From the IMG/VR virus record IMGVR_UViG_3300023707_000001: a DNA stretch of 64,000 bases; one strand, given 5' to 3'. Made by a program: the position numbers and the translations under genes. Shown here one piece after another: positions 20,079 through 29,400 of the stretch. The stretch comes from a virus (lineage: Duplodnaviria > Heunggongvirae > Uroviricota > Caudoviricetes). Below the pieces are notes generated by a model. That model had not been told where the DNA came from, made no database searches, and saw nothing but the letters and a program-made list of their open reading frames with translations. Within the stretch, counting starts at the first letter, position 1. Every line of letters begins with the position of its first letter.

Positions 20079-20852
20079 ATGAAACAGTCACAGGAAGAGA
20101 AAGAATTTCTCAAGAGCTACAACGCAGCGCAGTACGAAAGGCCGTCGGTAACGGCAGACGTTGTTATCTTTACTATTGATAAGGATAATGACCTGAGTAT
20201 CCTGCTGATAAAACGCGGTGGCCATCCATACAAAGACCACTGGGCGATACCTGGCGGATTCTTGGAAGCAGGAAAAGAATCTATCGATGAAGCTGCGGCC
20301 CGCGAATTGTATGAGGAAACAGGGATAAAAGTTTCCGACGGTATTGAACTTCGGCAGCTTATCACGATGGGCGAACCGAACCGTGACCCAAGAACACATG
20401 TTGTAAGTGTAGTTTACACAGCATTGGTTCCTAAAGGGCTCTTACATATCAAAGCCGGAGACGATGCGAAAGAAGCACAGCTCTTCAAGATTCGCGATTG
20501 GTTCGACGAAGAGGGGAATATTAAGACTCGTTTTATCGGTGACAAGATTTCCCTTACCATGGACAACCTAGCGTTTGACCATGCCCGTATCGTAGAGGTT
20601 GCAATAGAAAGGCTTCGCGGCAGATTAAGTTACACGAATGATGCTTTTGCAATGCTTAAGGATAAAAAGTGCTTCAGAATTTACGAGCTTAAGAAGATTC
20701 ACGAAGCCATCCTGCAGAAAGTAATCGACCGGGCGAATTTCAGAAAGATGTTTATTCGAAACTTTGTCGATACGGGGAAGGTTCGAGAACTGGATAAAAG
20801 TGAGGTAAAGGGCGCAAAAACAGCAATGTATGCCCTGCTTGATAGTCAATAA
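20079..20852 (+). CDS. nrtR: NrtR-family Nudix + winged-helix transcriptional regulator (ADP-ribose sensor)
   Basis: YERPSVTADVVIF, Nudix box GGFLEAGKESIDEAAARELYEETGI, RDPR, LAFDHARI, wHTH IDRANFRK. Confidence 0.92.
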   Translation: MKQSQEEKEFLKSYNAAQYERPSVTADVVIFTIDKDNDLSILLIKRGGHPYKDHWAIPGGFLEAGKESIDEAAARELYEETGIKVSDGIELRQLITMGEPNRDPRTHVVSVVYTALVPKGLLHIKAGDDAKEAQLFKIRDWFDEEGNIKTRFIGDKISLTMDNLAFDHARIVEVAIERLRGRLSYTNDAFAMLKDKKCFRIYELKKIHEAILQKVIDRANFRKMFIRNFVDTGKVRELDKSEVKGAKTAMYALLDSQ

Positions 20853-21110
20853 CCCCCGCCTAGCGGCTTTGCGCTTGAGGCGGGAGCTTGCGGAAGCAAG
20901 CTCTGATTGACTAGCCTAAGTCTTAACTGACTACGTTGCTTTCGTTATCTCACCCGTGGGTGTTTATCCTAGCTTACGGCTCTGAGCAGGCTCTGTAAAA
21001 GTTCTGAGAGGTAGGAACGGTCAACCTGAGGACGGTCTGGCGTTAATCCAGACAAGCGATTACAACATTGGCGAAGGGTAGATTACTCTAATTTGAAGCT
21101 TTTGCTTCGG
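20825..21110 (+). ncRNA. omegaRNA (guide from the nrtR 3' end, scaffold ~20845-21110; ends approximate)
   Basis: ~280-bp structured non-coding region immediately 5' of iscB, with scaffold-like segments GACTAGCCTAAG..CTACGTT, CTCTG..GCTCTGTAAAAG and AACATTGGCGAAGG. Confidence 0.8.
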
Positions 21111-22424
21111 AAAGGAGGTACACGTTATGTTCGTGTACATCATTAACAAAAACGGACAGCCGCTAATGCCCTGCAAGCCTCAAAAAGCAAGAAAGCTCCT
21201 GAAGGCTGGCAAGGCGGAGGTTGTCAAATATGAGCCATTCACTATCAAGCTGAAATTTGGCTCAGCTGGCTACAAACAGCCGATAACTTTAGGTATTGAC
21301 GCCGGCTCCAAACATATTGGGGCTTCCGTGTCAACAGAAAAACAGGAATTATATGCTTCGGAAACAGTCATGCGTTCTGATGATGGCAAGGCTACTATCG
21401 TGAATCTTATAGCAAAACGCAGAGAGCTTCGACGTAACCGCAGAAACCGTAAGACCCGTTATCGCGAAGCAAGATTCTTAAACCATGTTCATCGCAAGCA
21501 CAAAGGCTGGCTTGCTCCAAGCGTAGAGAACAAAATCCATGTCCACCTAAAGCTGGTGGCGGATATCCACAAGATACTGCCCATCACTAAAGTAGTGGTG
21601 GAAGTTGCCCAGTTCGACATTCAGAAGATTAAGAATCCTGATATTTCCGGTGTCGAATATCAACAAGGTGAACAACTTGGTTGGGCTAACGTCAGGGAAT
21701 ATGTATTATTCCGCGACAATCACGAATGTCAGTGTTGCAAAGGCAGATCTGGAGATCCGATACTGAATGTGCATCACATTGAGTCGCGAAAAACTGGCGG
21801 CAACGCACCAAACAATCTGATAACTCTCTGCGAACATTGCCATCAGAGCTATCACCAAGGCAAAATTTCTTTACCTAAGTCGATACATCGCGGCATGAGT
21901 TTCCGAGATGCAGCTTTCATGGGCATCATGCGATGGGCATTCTACAATAGAATTAAGGCGTTATATCAAGACGTCAAACTAACTTATGGTTACATCACGA
22001 AAAATACTCGCATCAAGAATAACATTGCCAAGACACATACAGCTGACGCTTACTGTATCGCCGGGAACGTCAAAGCTAGACGGCTTAAACATGAGTATTT
22101 ACGTAAGCAAGTTCGCAGGCATAATCGCAAACTACATCGAGAAGTGCCAGCTAAAGGTGGTATTCGTCGATTGGCTCAAGCAGGGCATTTCGTAAGAGGC
22201 TTTTGCTTGAACGATACTGTGATGGCCAAAAATCAGCAGTGGTTTATTCGAGGCATGCGTCAAAAGGGCAGTTTTGTTCTAAGACATCTTGATGGCACAA
22301 AACTGGAAATTGCGCTTTCAAAAATAACATTTTTGAGACATAACAATTCTTATTTAATCGAGAGGAGAGAAGTGGCGCTTACCTCCACCCTGTAGAGGGT
22401 GGAGTCCCCGCGCCGCGATTTTAG
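20845..22424 (+). mobile_element. Non-autonomous IS200/IS605-family IscB (OMEGA) element, no tnpA
   Basis: Starts GTCAATAACCCCCGCC with hairpin CCCGCCT..AGGCGGG (20855-20884); right subterminal hairpin CTCCACCCT-gtag-AGGGTGGAG (22383-22404); contains omegaRNA and iscB. Ends inferred to within a few bp. Confidence 0.8.
21127..22395 (+). CDS. iscB: IscB RNA-guided endonuclease (split RuvC + HNH)
   Basis: PLMP motif, RuvC-I GIDAGSK, Arg-rich bridge RRELRRNRRNRK, RuvC-II VVEVAQFD, HNH CQCC..VHHI..GGNAPNNLITLCEHCH, RuvC-III HTADAYCIA; RBS AAAGGAGG. Confidence 0.95.
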   Translation: MFVYIINKNGQPLMPCKPQKARKLLKAGKAEVVKYEPFTIKLKFGSAGYKQPITLGIDAGSKHIGASVSTEKQELYASETVMRSDDGKATIVNLIAKRRELRRNRRNRKTRYREARFLNHVHRKHKGWLAPSVENKIHVHLKLVADIHKILPITKVVVEVAQFDIQKIKNPDISGVEYQQGEQLGWANVREYVLFRDNHECQCCKGRSGDPILNVHHIESRKTGGNAPNNLITLCEHCHQSYHQGKISLPKSIHRGMSFRDAAFMGIMRWAFYNRIKALYQDVKLTYGYITKNTRIKNNIAKTHTADAYCIAGNVKARRLKHEYLRKQVRRHNRKLHREVPAKGGIRRLAQAGHFVRGFCLNDTVMAKNQQWFIRGMRQKGSFVLRHLDGTKLEIALSKITFLRHNNSYLIERREVALTSTL

Positions 22425-22440
22425 ATGGAGGAAAATAGTC

Positions 22441-22998
22441 ATGGAAAATAAGAAAAAAGTATTAATCGTTGTGGATATGCAGAACGACTTTATCGACGGT
22501 GCGCTTGGAACAAAAGAAGCCCAGGCTATTGTCGACAATGTAGCCAAGAAGGTTGCGGAGGCAAAAAAGAACGACGATGTCGTTGTCTTCACACAGGATA
22601 CGCATACGGAAGACTACCTCAATACGCAGGAGGGTAAGAATCTGCCGGTGCCTCATTGCATTAAAGGAACAGATGGTTGGGAGATAACCAGCAAAATTGA
22701 CATTCCTAAAGAATGCCTGATGTACGAAAAAGGTTCCTTTGGTTCTGGTGAACTTGGCAAAGACCTTTCCGATAGCGAAGGGGAAATCAGTGCAATTGAA
22801 TTCGTTGGGCTCTGCACAGATATCTGCGTACTTTCCAACGTGGTTATCGCAAAGGCTGCGCTGCCAGAAGTCCCCATCACAGTAGATGCGGCATGCTGCG
22901 CGGGCGTAACACCGAAGAGCCACGATGAAGCTCTTGGTGCATTGCAGATGATTCAGGTAAAAGTCGTAAATCAAGGACAGGAACCCTGGAGGGCATAA
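22441..22998 (+). CDS. pncA: Nicotinamidase (isochorismatase family)
   Basis: VVDMQNDFIDGALG, TQDTH, PHCIKGTDGW, EKGSFGS, GLCTDICV; ATG 22441 with GGAGG RBS. Confidence 0.9.
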   Translation: MENKKKVLIVVDMQNDFIDGALGTKEAQAIVDNVAKKVAEAKKNDDVVVFTQDTHTEDYLNTQEGKNLPVPHCIKGTDGWEITSKIDIPKECLMYEKGSFGSGELGKDLSDSEGEISAIEFVGLCTDICVLSNVVIAKAALPEVPITVDAACCAGVTPKSHDEALGALQMIQVKVVNQGQEPWRA

Positions 22999-22999
22999 A

Positions 23000-23527
23000 A
23001 TGCGCGTCGGTATTTTTTTCGGGTGCTTCATCCCGTTACATAAGGGCCATGAAGAAATGATTCGCTTAGCAATGAAGGAAAATGACCACCTGATTCTTGG
23101 TATATGTGGATACGATAACGACCGAGGAAAGGGGTATCTTTCATTCAGAGAACGACTAAGGTTAATGACAAAACTTTTTGGCGACAAGGAAAATGTGACG
23201 CTTGCAGTTGTGGATGATAAGAAAGTCGGGCTCAAGGGAACATTTAGCGTGAACGCCTGGAAGCTTTGGTCGGACGAATTGTTTGAGAATGCCAAATTCA
23301 ATCCGAACGACAAGTCTCACCAGTACACCTGGTATTCTGGTGAGCCGGACTATCTGGAAAAGATACAGGAACTTTACCCGACCCACGAAATAAAACATAT
23401 ACCGAGGACGTTAATTCCTATTTCGGGAACTCAGATTAGAAACAATACAACTAAGTACAGGGAAGATGTTAATCCGCTTTTTGCAGTCTATCTTGCAGAG
23501 CGGGGATTGATGGAGGAAAAATTATGA
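23000..23527 (+). CDS. HxGH nucleotidyltransferase, probable NaMN/NMN adenylyltransferase (NadR/NadM-like)
   Basis: GCFIPLHKGH and ISGTQIR motifs; lies between pncA and pncB. Confidence 0.75.
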   Translation: MRVGIFFGCFIPLHKGHEEMIRLAMKENDHLILGICGYDNDRGKGYLSFRERLRLMTKLFGDKENVTLAVVDDKKVGLKGTFSVNAWKLWSDELFENAKFNPNDKSHQYTWYSGEPDYLEKIQELYPTHEIKHIPRTLIPISGTQIRNNTTKYREDVNPLFAVYLAERGLMEEKL

Positions 23528-24741
23528 AATTCAAACAGATTATTAACTCACTTCTGGAAACCGACCTTTACAAATTCAGCATGGGGCAGGCTATCTTCCA
23601 CCAGGCCAGCGAATTTGAAACGACCTGGTCATTTAAGTGCCGTAACAAGGATGTGTTCTTCACCCCTGAAATGGTTGAAGAAATCCGCGAACAGATTCGT
23701 GCGTTCTGCAATTTGAGTTTTACAGAAGATGAACTGGATTATCTTGCCAATATCAAATGGCTGAAAAAATCCTACATCAATCACCTCCGCTTGTGGCATC
23801 CGAACTTTGACAATTTCATTATTAAAGCGGGCGGAGAAAAAGGGCTTATCCTTGAAGCAAAAGGAACGCTTCTTGATACCTCCATGTATGAAATTCCGAC
23901 TCTGGCCATTGTCAATGAGGTGTATTTCCGGTTCCGTGACGACTACGCATTGCTCGTTGAAGATTCAAAGGCACGGACAAGAGCAAAGGCAGAAAAGCTC
24001 CAGATGGGGAAATACTGGCTGCCGGTATTCTCTGAATTTGGCCTTCGCCGCCGCCTTTGCGCAGAAGCACAGGAATATGCTGTAGAAACATTCTCGAAAC
24101 TGGATTGTCACGATGTATTGCGTTCGCATTTTGTCGGTACGTCCAATGTTTATCTGGCCAAGAAATATGGTGTAACTCCTGTCGGCACGATGGCGCATGA
24201 ATGGATTATGTGCATGGGACAGGGCAATCATCTTTACAATCCGGCATATTCCAACAAGGTAGCTCTTGAAGCTTGGGTAAGAGAATATGGCGTGGATAAT
24301 GGTATCGCTCTTACTGACACGATTACTACGGACTGCTTCTTGCGTGATTTCGACAAAACACTGGCAACGCTCTTTAGCGGTGTCCGTCACGATTCTGGCG
24401 ATCCGTTTGTGTGGGGCGATAAGATGATTGACCATTACACCCGCCTTGGTATTGACCCTGCAACAAAGACCCTGCTGTTCTCAGATTCTCTTGATTTTGA
24501 GAGAGCTGATAAAATTGCGCGTTATTTCCAGGGTAAGGCAAAAGTAGCTTTTGGTATTGGTACTTATATCTCAAACGATACCTACGCAACGCCGCTAAAC
24601 ATCGTTATGAAGGTTACGGAATGCAACGGAAGCCCGGTGGCCAAAATCTCCGATACGGAAGGTAAGGGAATGTGCAAGAGTCAGGAATATGTTGACTACC
24701 TGCAGCGTTCGATTGACTGGCGTCTGAAAAACAACGATTGA
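23524..24741 (+). CDS. pncB: Nicotinate phosphoribosyltransferase
   Basis: SLLETDLYKFSMGQ, EFGLRRR, GTSNV, GTMAHEW, GVRHDSGDP, FSDSLD, FGIGT, KISDTEGK. Confidence 0.95.
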   Translation: MKFKQIINSLLETDLYKFSMGQAIFHQASEFETTWSFKCRNKDVFFTPEMVEEIREQIRAFCNLSFTEDELDYLANIKWLKKSYINHLRLWHPNFDNFIIKAGGEKGLILEAKGTLLDTSMYEIPTLAIVNEVYFRFRDDYALLVEDSKARTRAKAEKLQMGKYWLPVFSEFGLRRRLCAEAQEYAVETFSKLDCHDVLRSHFVGTSNVYLAKKYGVTPVGTMAHEWIMCMGQGNHLYNPAYSNKVALEAWVREYGVDNGIALTDTITTDCFLRDFDKTLATLFSGVRHDSGDPFVWGDKMIDHYTRLGIDPATKTLLFSDSLDFERADKIARYFQGKAKVAFGIGTYISNDTYATPLNIVMKVTECNGSPVAKISDTEGKGMCKSQEYVDYLQRSIDWRLKNND

Positions 24742-24752
24742 GAGGAATAAAT

Positions 24753-25523
24753 ATGTATCCAGAATTTGACGCGGAAAAAGACAAACAAAAAATTATTGAT
24801 TTTATCAGAATGTGGTTTGCGATAAATGCAAGCCTGGACACAAAAGCTGTTATCGGAATTTCAGGCGGCAAGGATTCTTCTATTGCTGCAGCGCTCTGCG
24901 TAGAGGCGCTTGGAAAGGATAGTGTCGTCGGCGTACTTATGCCAAACGGTGTACAGGCAGATATTGACGATGCTCTGGCTTTGGTAAAACACCTTGATAT
25001 CAAATACCGCATTGTAAATATTGAGGCGCCTTACAAGGCTATGCTAAAGGCCATCCAGTACACAGAAACAGCAAGTGACAATAATTTTTACTTTTCCGTG
25101 ACCAGCCAGCTCACGCAAAATCTGGCTCCGAGACTTAGAATGGCAACTCTGTATGCAGTAGCGCAGGGGGTTCATGGCGGCGGCCGTGTAATTAACACCT
25201 GTAACCGTTCGGAAGATTATGTTGGCTATAGCACAAAATTTGGCGATAGCGCCGGCGACATATCTCCTCTTGGAGCATATACGGTTGATGAAATTCTCGC
25301 TATTGGCGATACGCTCGACCTGCCTGAAAAGCTCGTACATAAGGCGCCATCTGATGGCCTTTGCGGTAAGACCGATGAAGATAACCTTGGGTTTACTTAC
25401 GCAGTGCTTGATAAATACATCAAGACGGGAGAGTGTAAAGACGAAGTCACCCAGAAAAAGATTGACGAACTGCACGATAAAAACCTGCATAAACTGAAAC
25501 CACTACCAATGGTTGAGCGGTAA
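24753..25523 (+). CDS. nadE: NH3-dependent NAD+ synthetase
   Basis: GISGGKDSS, NLAPRLRMATLY, TCNRSEDYVGYSTKFGD, KAPSDGL..TDEDNLGFTY; no glutaminase domain. Start placed at ATG 24753. Confidence 0.95.
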   Translation: MYPEFDAEKDKQKIIDFIRMWFAINASLDTKAVIGISGGKDSSIAAALCVEALGKDSVVGVLMPNGVQADIDDALALVKHLDIKYRIVNIEAPYKAMLKAIQYTETASDNNFYFSVTSQLTQNLAPRLRMATLYAVAQGVHGGGRVINTCNRSEDYVGYSTKFGDSAGDISPLGAYTVDEILAIGDTLDLPEKLVHKAPSDGLCGKTDEDNLGFTYAVLDKYIKTGECKDEVTQKKIDELHDKNLHKLKPLPMVER

Positions 25524-25527
25524 GATA

Positions 25528-25567
25528 AAAAGCCTCTATCGAAATGATGGAGGCTTTTGTTTTGTTT
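25528..25567 (+). terminator. Rho-independent terminator closing the NAD operon
   Basis: AAAAGCCTC(t)ATC-gaaat-GAT(g)GAGGCTTTT followed by a T-rich tract. Confidence 0.75.
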
Positions 25568-25642
25568 CGTGGACTAAGGCGTTATGGGTGGTAATGACTG
25601 CACTAGATTAACTTCGGAAAACAATAAACGGAGAGGAAAACA

Positions 25643-26431
25643 ATGCGCACAGCTGAAGATATAAATTTAAGTATAAGAGAAAATTTTAAGAAAATCACAG
25701 GGCACAAGTACCGGCAGGGAAGTGCGCTTGGATTCATAACCGACGCAGTATCACGCGAAATGGAAAAGGCCCATCTTGAGATTGAGCGAAATAAGAACCC
25801 GCATATCTATACCAATCTTTACGGGGAAGACCTGGATAAGATGGGAACCTTTGTAAATATACCGCGCGAAGCCGGCGAAGACGATATGACCTATCTCTAC
25901 CGGATTATGAACTGGACTTATCTAAAAGCAGGAGCAACAAACATCGCGGTTAACGACTCCTTGCTTAATCTGGAGTATTCGTCCGATGCTCAGTATTATC
26001 CACAGATTCATGGAGCAGGCACGGGTGTTATTTACATCATCCCTATAAAATACGAGGACGATATTATGGCCAAGGCGCTTGCCGAGGTAAAAGACCGTGT
26101 GAAAAATGTTCTGTCCCCAGAATCATATACAGAGTACATCATTCCCACAGCAATCCCTGTTAATCTTATCTGCCACCTTGAGGTGAATGGAGGAGACGTT
26201 GCTTATATCAGGGATAAGATTACAAGTGCCATCAAAGACTACATTAACGGTATCGCACCGAATGATTATCTTTCTGTGGGGGAAATGAACCGTATTGGAC
26301 TTGCGGTTGACAATGTAGATTTCTTCTCTATTGATGGTGTTTACCTTAATGGGGAATACAATACGAACACAAAGATACTGCAAGAGTTGGAAACTAAGAT
26401 GTTGTTCCAGGAAATTAGCTGGGAGGATTAA
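25643..26431 (+). CDS. Baseplate J-like protein
   Basis: GEDLDKMG...R..GEDD..Y..RI and GAGTGVIYIIP...EVKDRV..V.P patterns; baseplate context. Confidence 0.7.
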   Translation: MRTAEDINLSIRENFKKITGHKYRQGSALGFITDAVSREMEKAHLEIERNKNPHIYTNLYGEDLDKMGTFVNIPREAGEDDMTYLYRIMNWTYLKAGATNIAVNDSLLNLEYSSDAQYYPQIHGAGTGVIYIIPIKYEDDIMAKALAEVKDRVKNVLSPESYTEYIIPTAIPVNLICHLEVNGGDVAYIRDKITSAIKDYINGIAPNDYLSVGEMNRIGLAVDNVDFFSIDGVYLNGEYNTNTKILQELETKMLFQEISWED

Positions 26432-26437
26432 TTATAA

Positions 26438-29400
26438 ATGAGCTTGTCTTTAGAAACCGTTTTGCCCAGCATGAAGCAGAGCTTCCCCAGCTGGTCAGAC
26501 ATTCGTAAGCGCACCGACAAATCGGTTGGCGGCGCATTGATAAAATCGTATGCCTGTGAAGCAGATTATATACAGGATGCAATTAATGAGTATCGCAAAC
26601 TGTTCTTCCTGCTTAATTACAAAGACCATGAGGAAGAGTTTGCAGACTATCTCTATATCGCAACTGTGGGTAAACAAAACGAGATAAGTGTCGTTGGTTT
26701 TCCGTGCCAGGTTACGGAAGATGATGACTTGTTCTATAACAACATGGACAAGATGGCCCTGTACAAAAATGGTTATCTGATGTTCCATGAAAATATCCTT
26801 CCGAATGGCGCTGAACAGAAAACGGTTCAGTACAAAACAGAGAACAAAAATGTGTATGAAGCAGAATTGCACAAAGAGCACATCTGGAATGCATTCGATG
26901 AGTTTGCTCTATTCGCAGGACTCACCAGATATGGAAATGAAACCAATAGTGAGCTTGCAGCACGTACCGTGCAGATATTCAAAGAATTTCCCAACCCGAC
27001 CGGTGACGGGCTGAGGAATGCTGTAAAAGACGCGATTGCTCCACACGAAAAAATCGAGGATGAAGCAATTGATATATACACGTTTGGTGATAAAAAATTC
27101 ACGCTGAGCCGTGAAGACCACAGGGCCATGTACGAAGACATGGTACAATTAAACCGAGATATTTTCCGGGCCAAGGTTTGGAACAGGGATATTTGGGAAC
27201 ATGGCTTCCAGAAAACGGATTACATTCCGCATGTTTGGGATGCCCCGATGGAAGCTGTGCAAAACGGCGTAGGATATAACGACTCCCTGCGGGCGGATTA
27301 TATTAAGCGTCTTGGCCAGAGTGAAACCACAGACATTGAAGTAAATGCGTACAAAAAAGACTTTGAACGTATTCGGCAGTATATCGGCCGCACAAATGTT
27401 GAAGCGTCCATCCAGCTCACGCTCACAAAATACACGGATGAAGTCAATCCGAAAAATGTAGAGTTTTGTGTGAGAGCTTACGATGTTAAAAAGATTGACA
27501 AGCCGGAAAACATTCATGTTCTTGGAACGCGGAAGCAGAATGGTGAAAAGCGTTACTATGTAGATGACCTCGATGTGGAAACCTATGGCGTAACCCGCGT
27601 AGAGGGCAATCACCTTGAAGAGAACGCTTCGTACAAACTGAAGTTCACACCAAAAGATACGTTTGCCGGCATGTCCATTGAAAAATGCGCACTGGTTTCC
27701 GATAGTGGCGAAAAGGATTTACGTAAAGAGTATTCGTATTACAAGATGCAGAACGGAAGCATCGTAAACCAAAATGTTGCAGCGCACGTTACTTCGACCG
27801 CTCAAATCACCATCAATCACAATGTTGAAGATTGCAGCACGGGTATTACGGTTGGCCATGGTGACTCAAAAGGCCTGTTCGGCGTCGATGTCACCGGCAT
27901 GGGAAAAGAGCTTGTCAACTACAGTGTTGCTTGCCGGCGTATTGATATAACTTCTTCAAGTTATATTGAAGGGCGCAATGGCTTTGAAATCAGTGAAGAC
28001 GGAAAATCATTCGAGAGTACCCGTCCAGATTCTCTTGGCCAAATTATCATTGGTGGCCAGGGGCGTGAAATGAGTTGTAACTCATATTCGTTCACACTGG
28101 ATAAGTCAGACATTCCTGCATTGCAGGGCGCAATTACCGTCACGGAAATCGTTGATGGGCAGGTTACGCAGATGACCTATCGCCAGCCGCAGGATATTGT
28201 GCGTGAATTCAAGAAGCGCTCGACGGTTCAGGTTATCATCCAAAAGTATGGGCAGAATCCTGTAAAAATCAAAAACATTGCCATGGCAAGCTATGACGTG
28301 AATGTTGGATTGTCTGATGGTACACCGCTTACGATGTCCGGAAAAACAATCCGCTTGCCGGAAAATGTTGACGGAAAAGTTCTGAATGTGGAAATCATTC
28401 CTTACACGGCGGCATACCCGGTAGTAGAATACCTGCATATCGGCGGCAGCCTGAAAGGCGCCAGATACGAAGTCGATTTCAACACGGACGGCCTCAAGAA
28501 CCCGAAACTGGATATCGACACGGACTGCAACATAACCTTGTATAAGAAGTCTGGCGGCAGCAGTATCCTCGTAGGCGACGAATACAAATATACAACAAAA
28601 GCACGCTTTAAGAATACGACTTCCGACCCCGGCCAGATTATTCTCGACCTGAGCGATTTTGCTTCCATCTCCAGTGCTAGTCAGAAGATAAAAGACCAGT
28701 ATAAGGGTATGAACAAGAAGTATATCGAACTTGCGCCAGGAGAAGAAATCTTCGAGATGGACATAACAGGTGAGGTTATCAGGCAGGTTACAAACAAACC
28801 AATCCTGTGGCATCTGTTTGGGGACGATACGAAGAATAAAGAATTGTATGCTACCCGAGGAACGAATGGATACATTCTGGTAAAAGACACGGAAAGCGGT
28901 GAAACGAAAAAGGTAACAATCCGATACGAGGATTTGGATGGCAGAGCAGACAGCTACCAGCTGACCGGGCTTTCACATGAACTTTCCGCAGAGTTTGTAA
29001 CAGCAAACGGTGAAATTCGTGAAACGGTAAACTCTGGTACGGGCTCAATCTTTGACCATCTTGGAATAACGTACAAACAGGCATCTGAGTATGTTGCTTA
29101 CAATACGTTCTCCATGATTCGGGAAAAGCAATCGGGAGTTGAACTGGTAAACACGTTTACGCCGGTTATGTCCATGACGGAACTGAAATACTATGTAATT
29201 GCTTCAACGAAAAATGCAAGAGAAGATAAGGTATGTTTTGAAACCTCTGGTGATAACTGGAGCCTGGGCGTAGATGAGAAGGGCATTTCCATTACGACAG
29301 TGTTGGAAACCAAAAACGCAGACTCTTGGATTATCAGTATCAATAATGTAAACAACAGGTATATCCTTGCCAACGAAGTCCCGCTGGAGGAAAGATATTT

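Noticed and set aside
21127-22395. Cas9 or a CRISPR system
   Set aside because: Only 422 aa with a PLMP N-terminus and upstream omegaRNA, which identifies IscB; no repeat-spacer array was seen in the window.
22399-22440. N-terminal extension of PncA, or an ancestral NrtR-PncA fusion
   Set aside because: The extension lies mostly in the IS right end and ATG 22441 has a good RBS. A junction one base different would fuse the two frames, but the stop-containing reconstruction is more parsimonious; not fully excluded.
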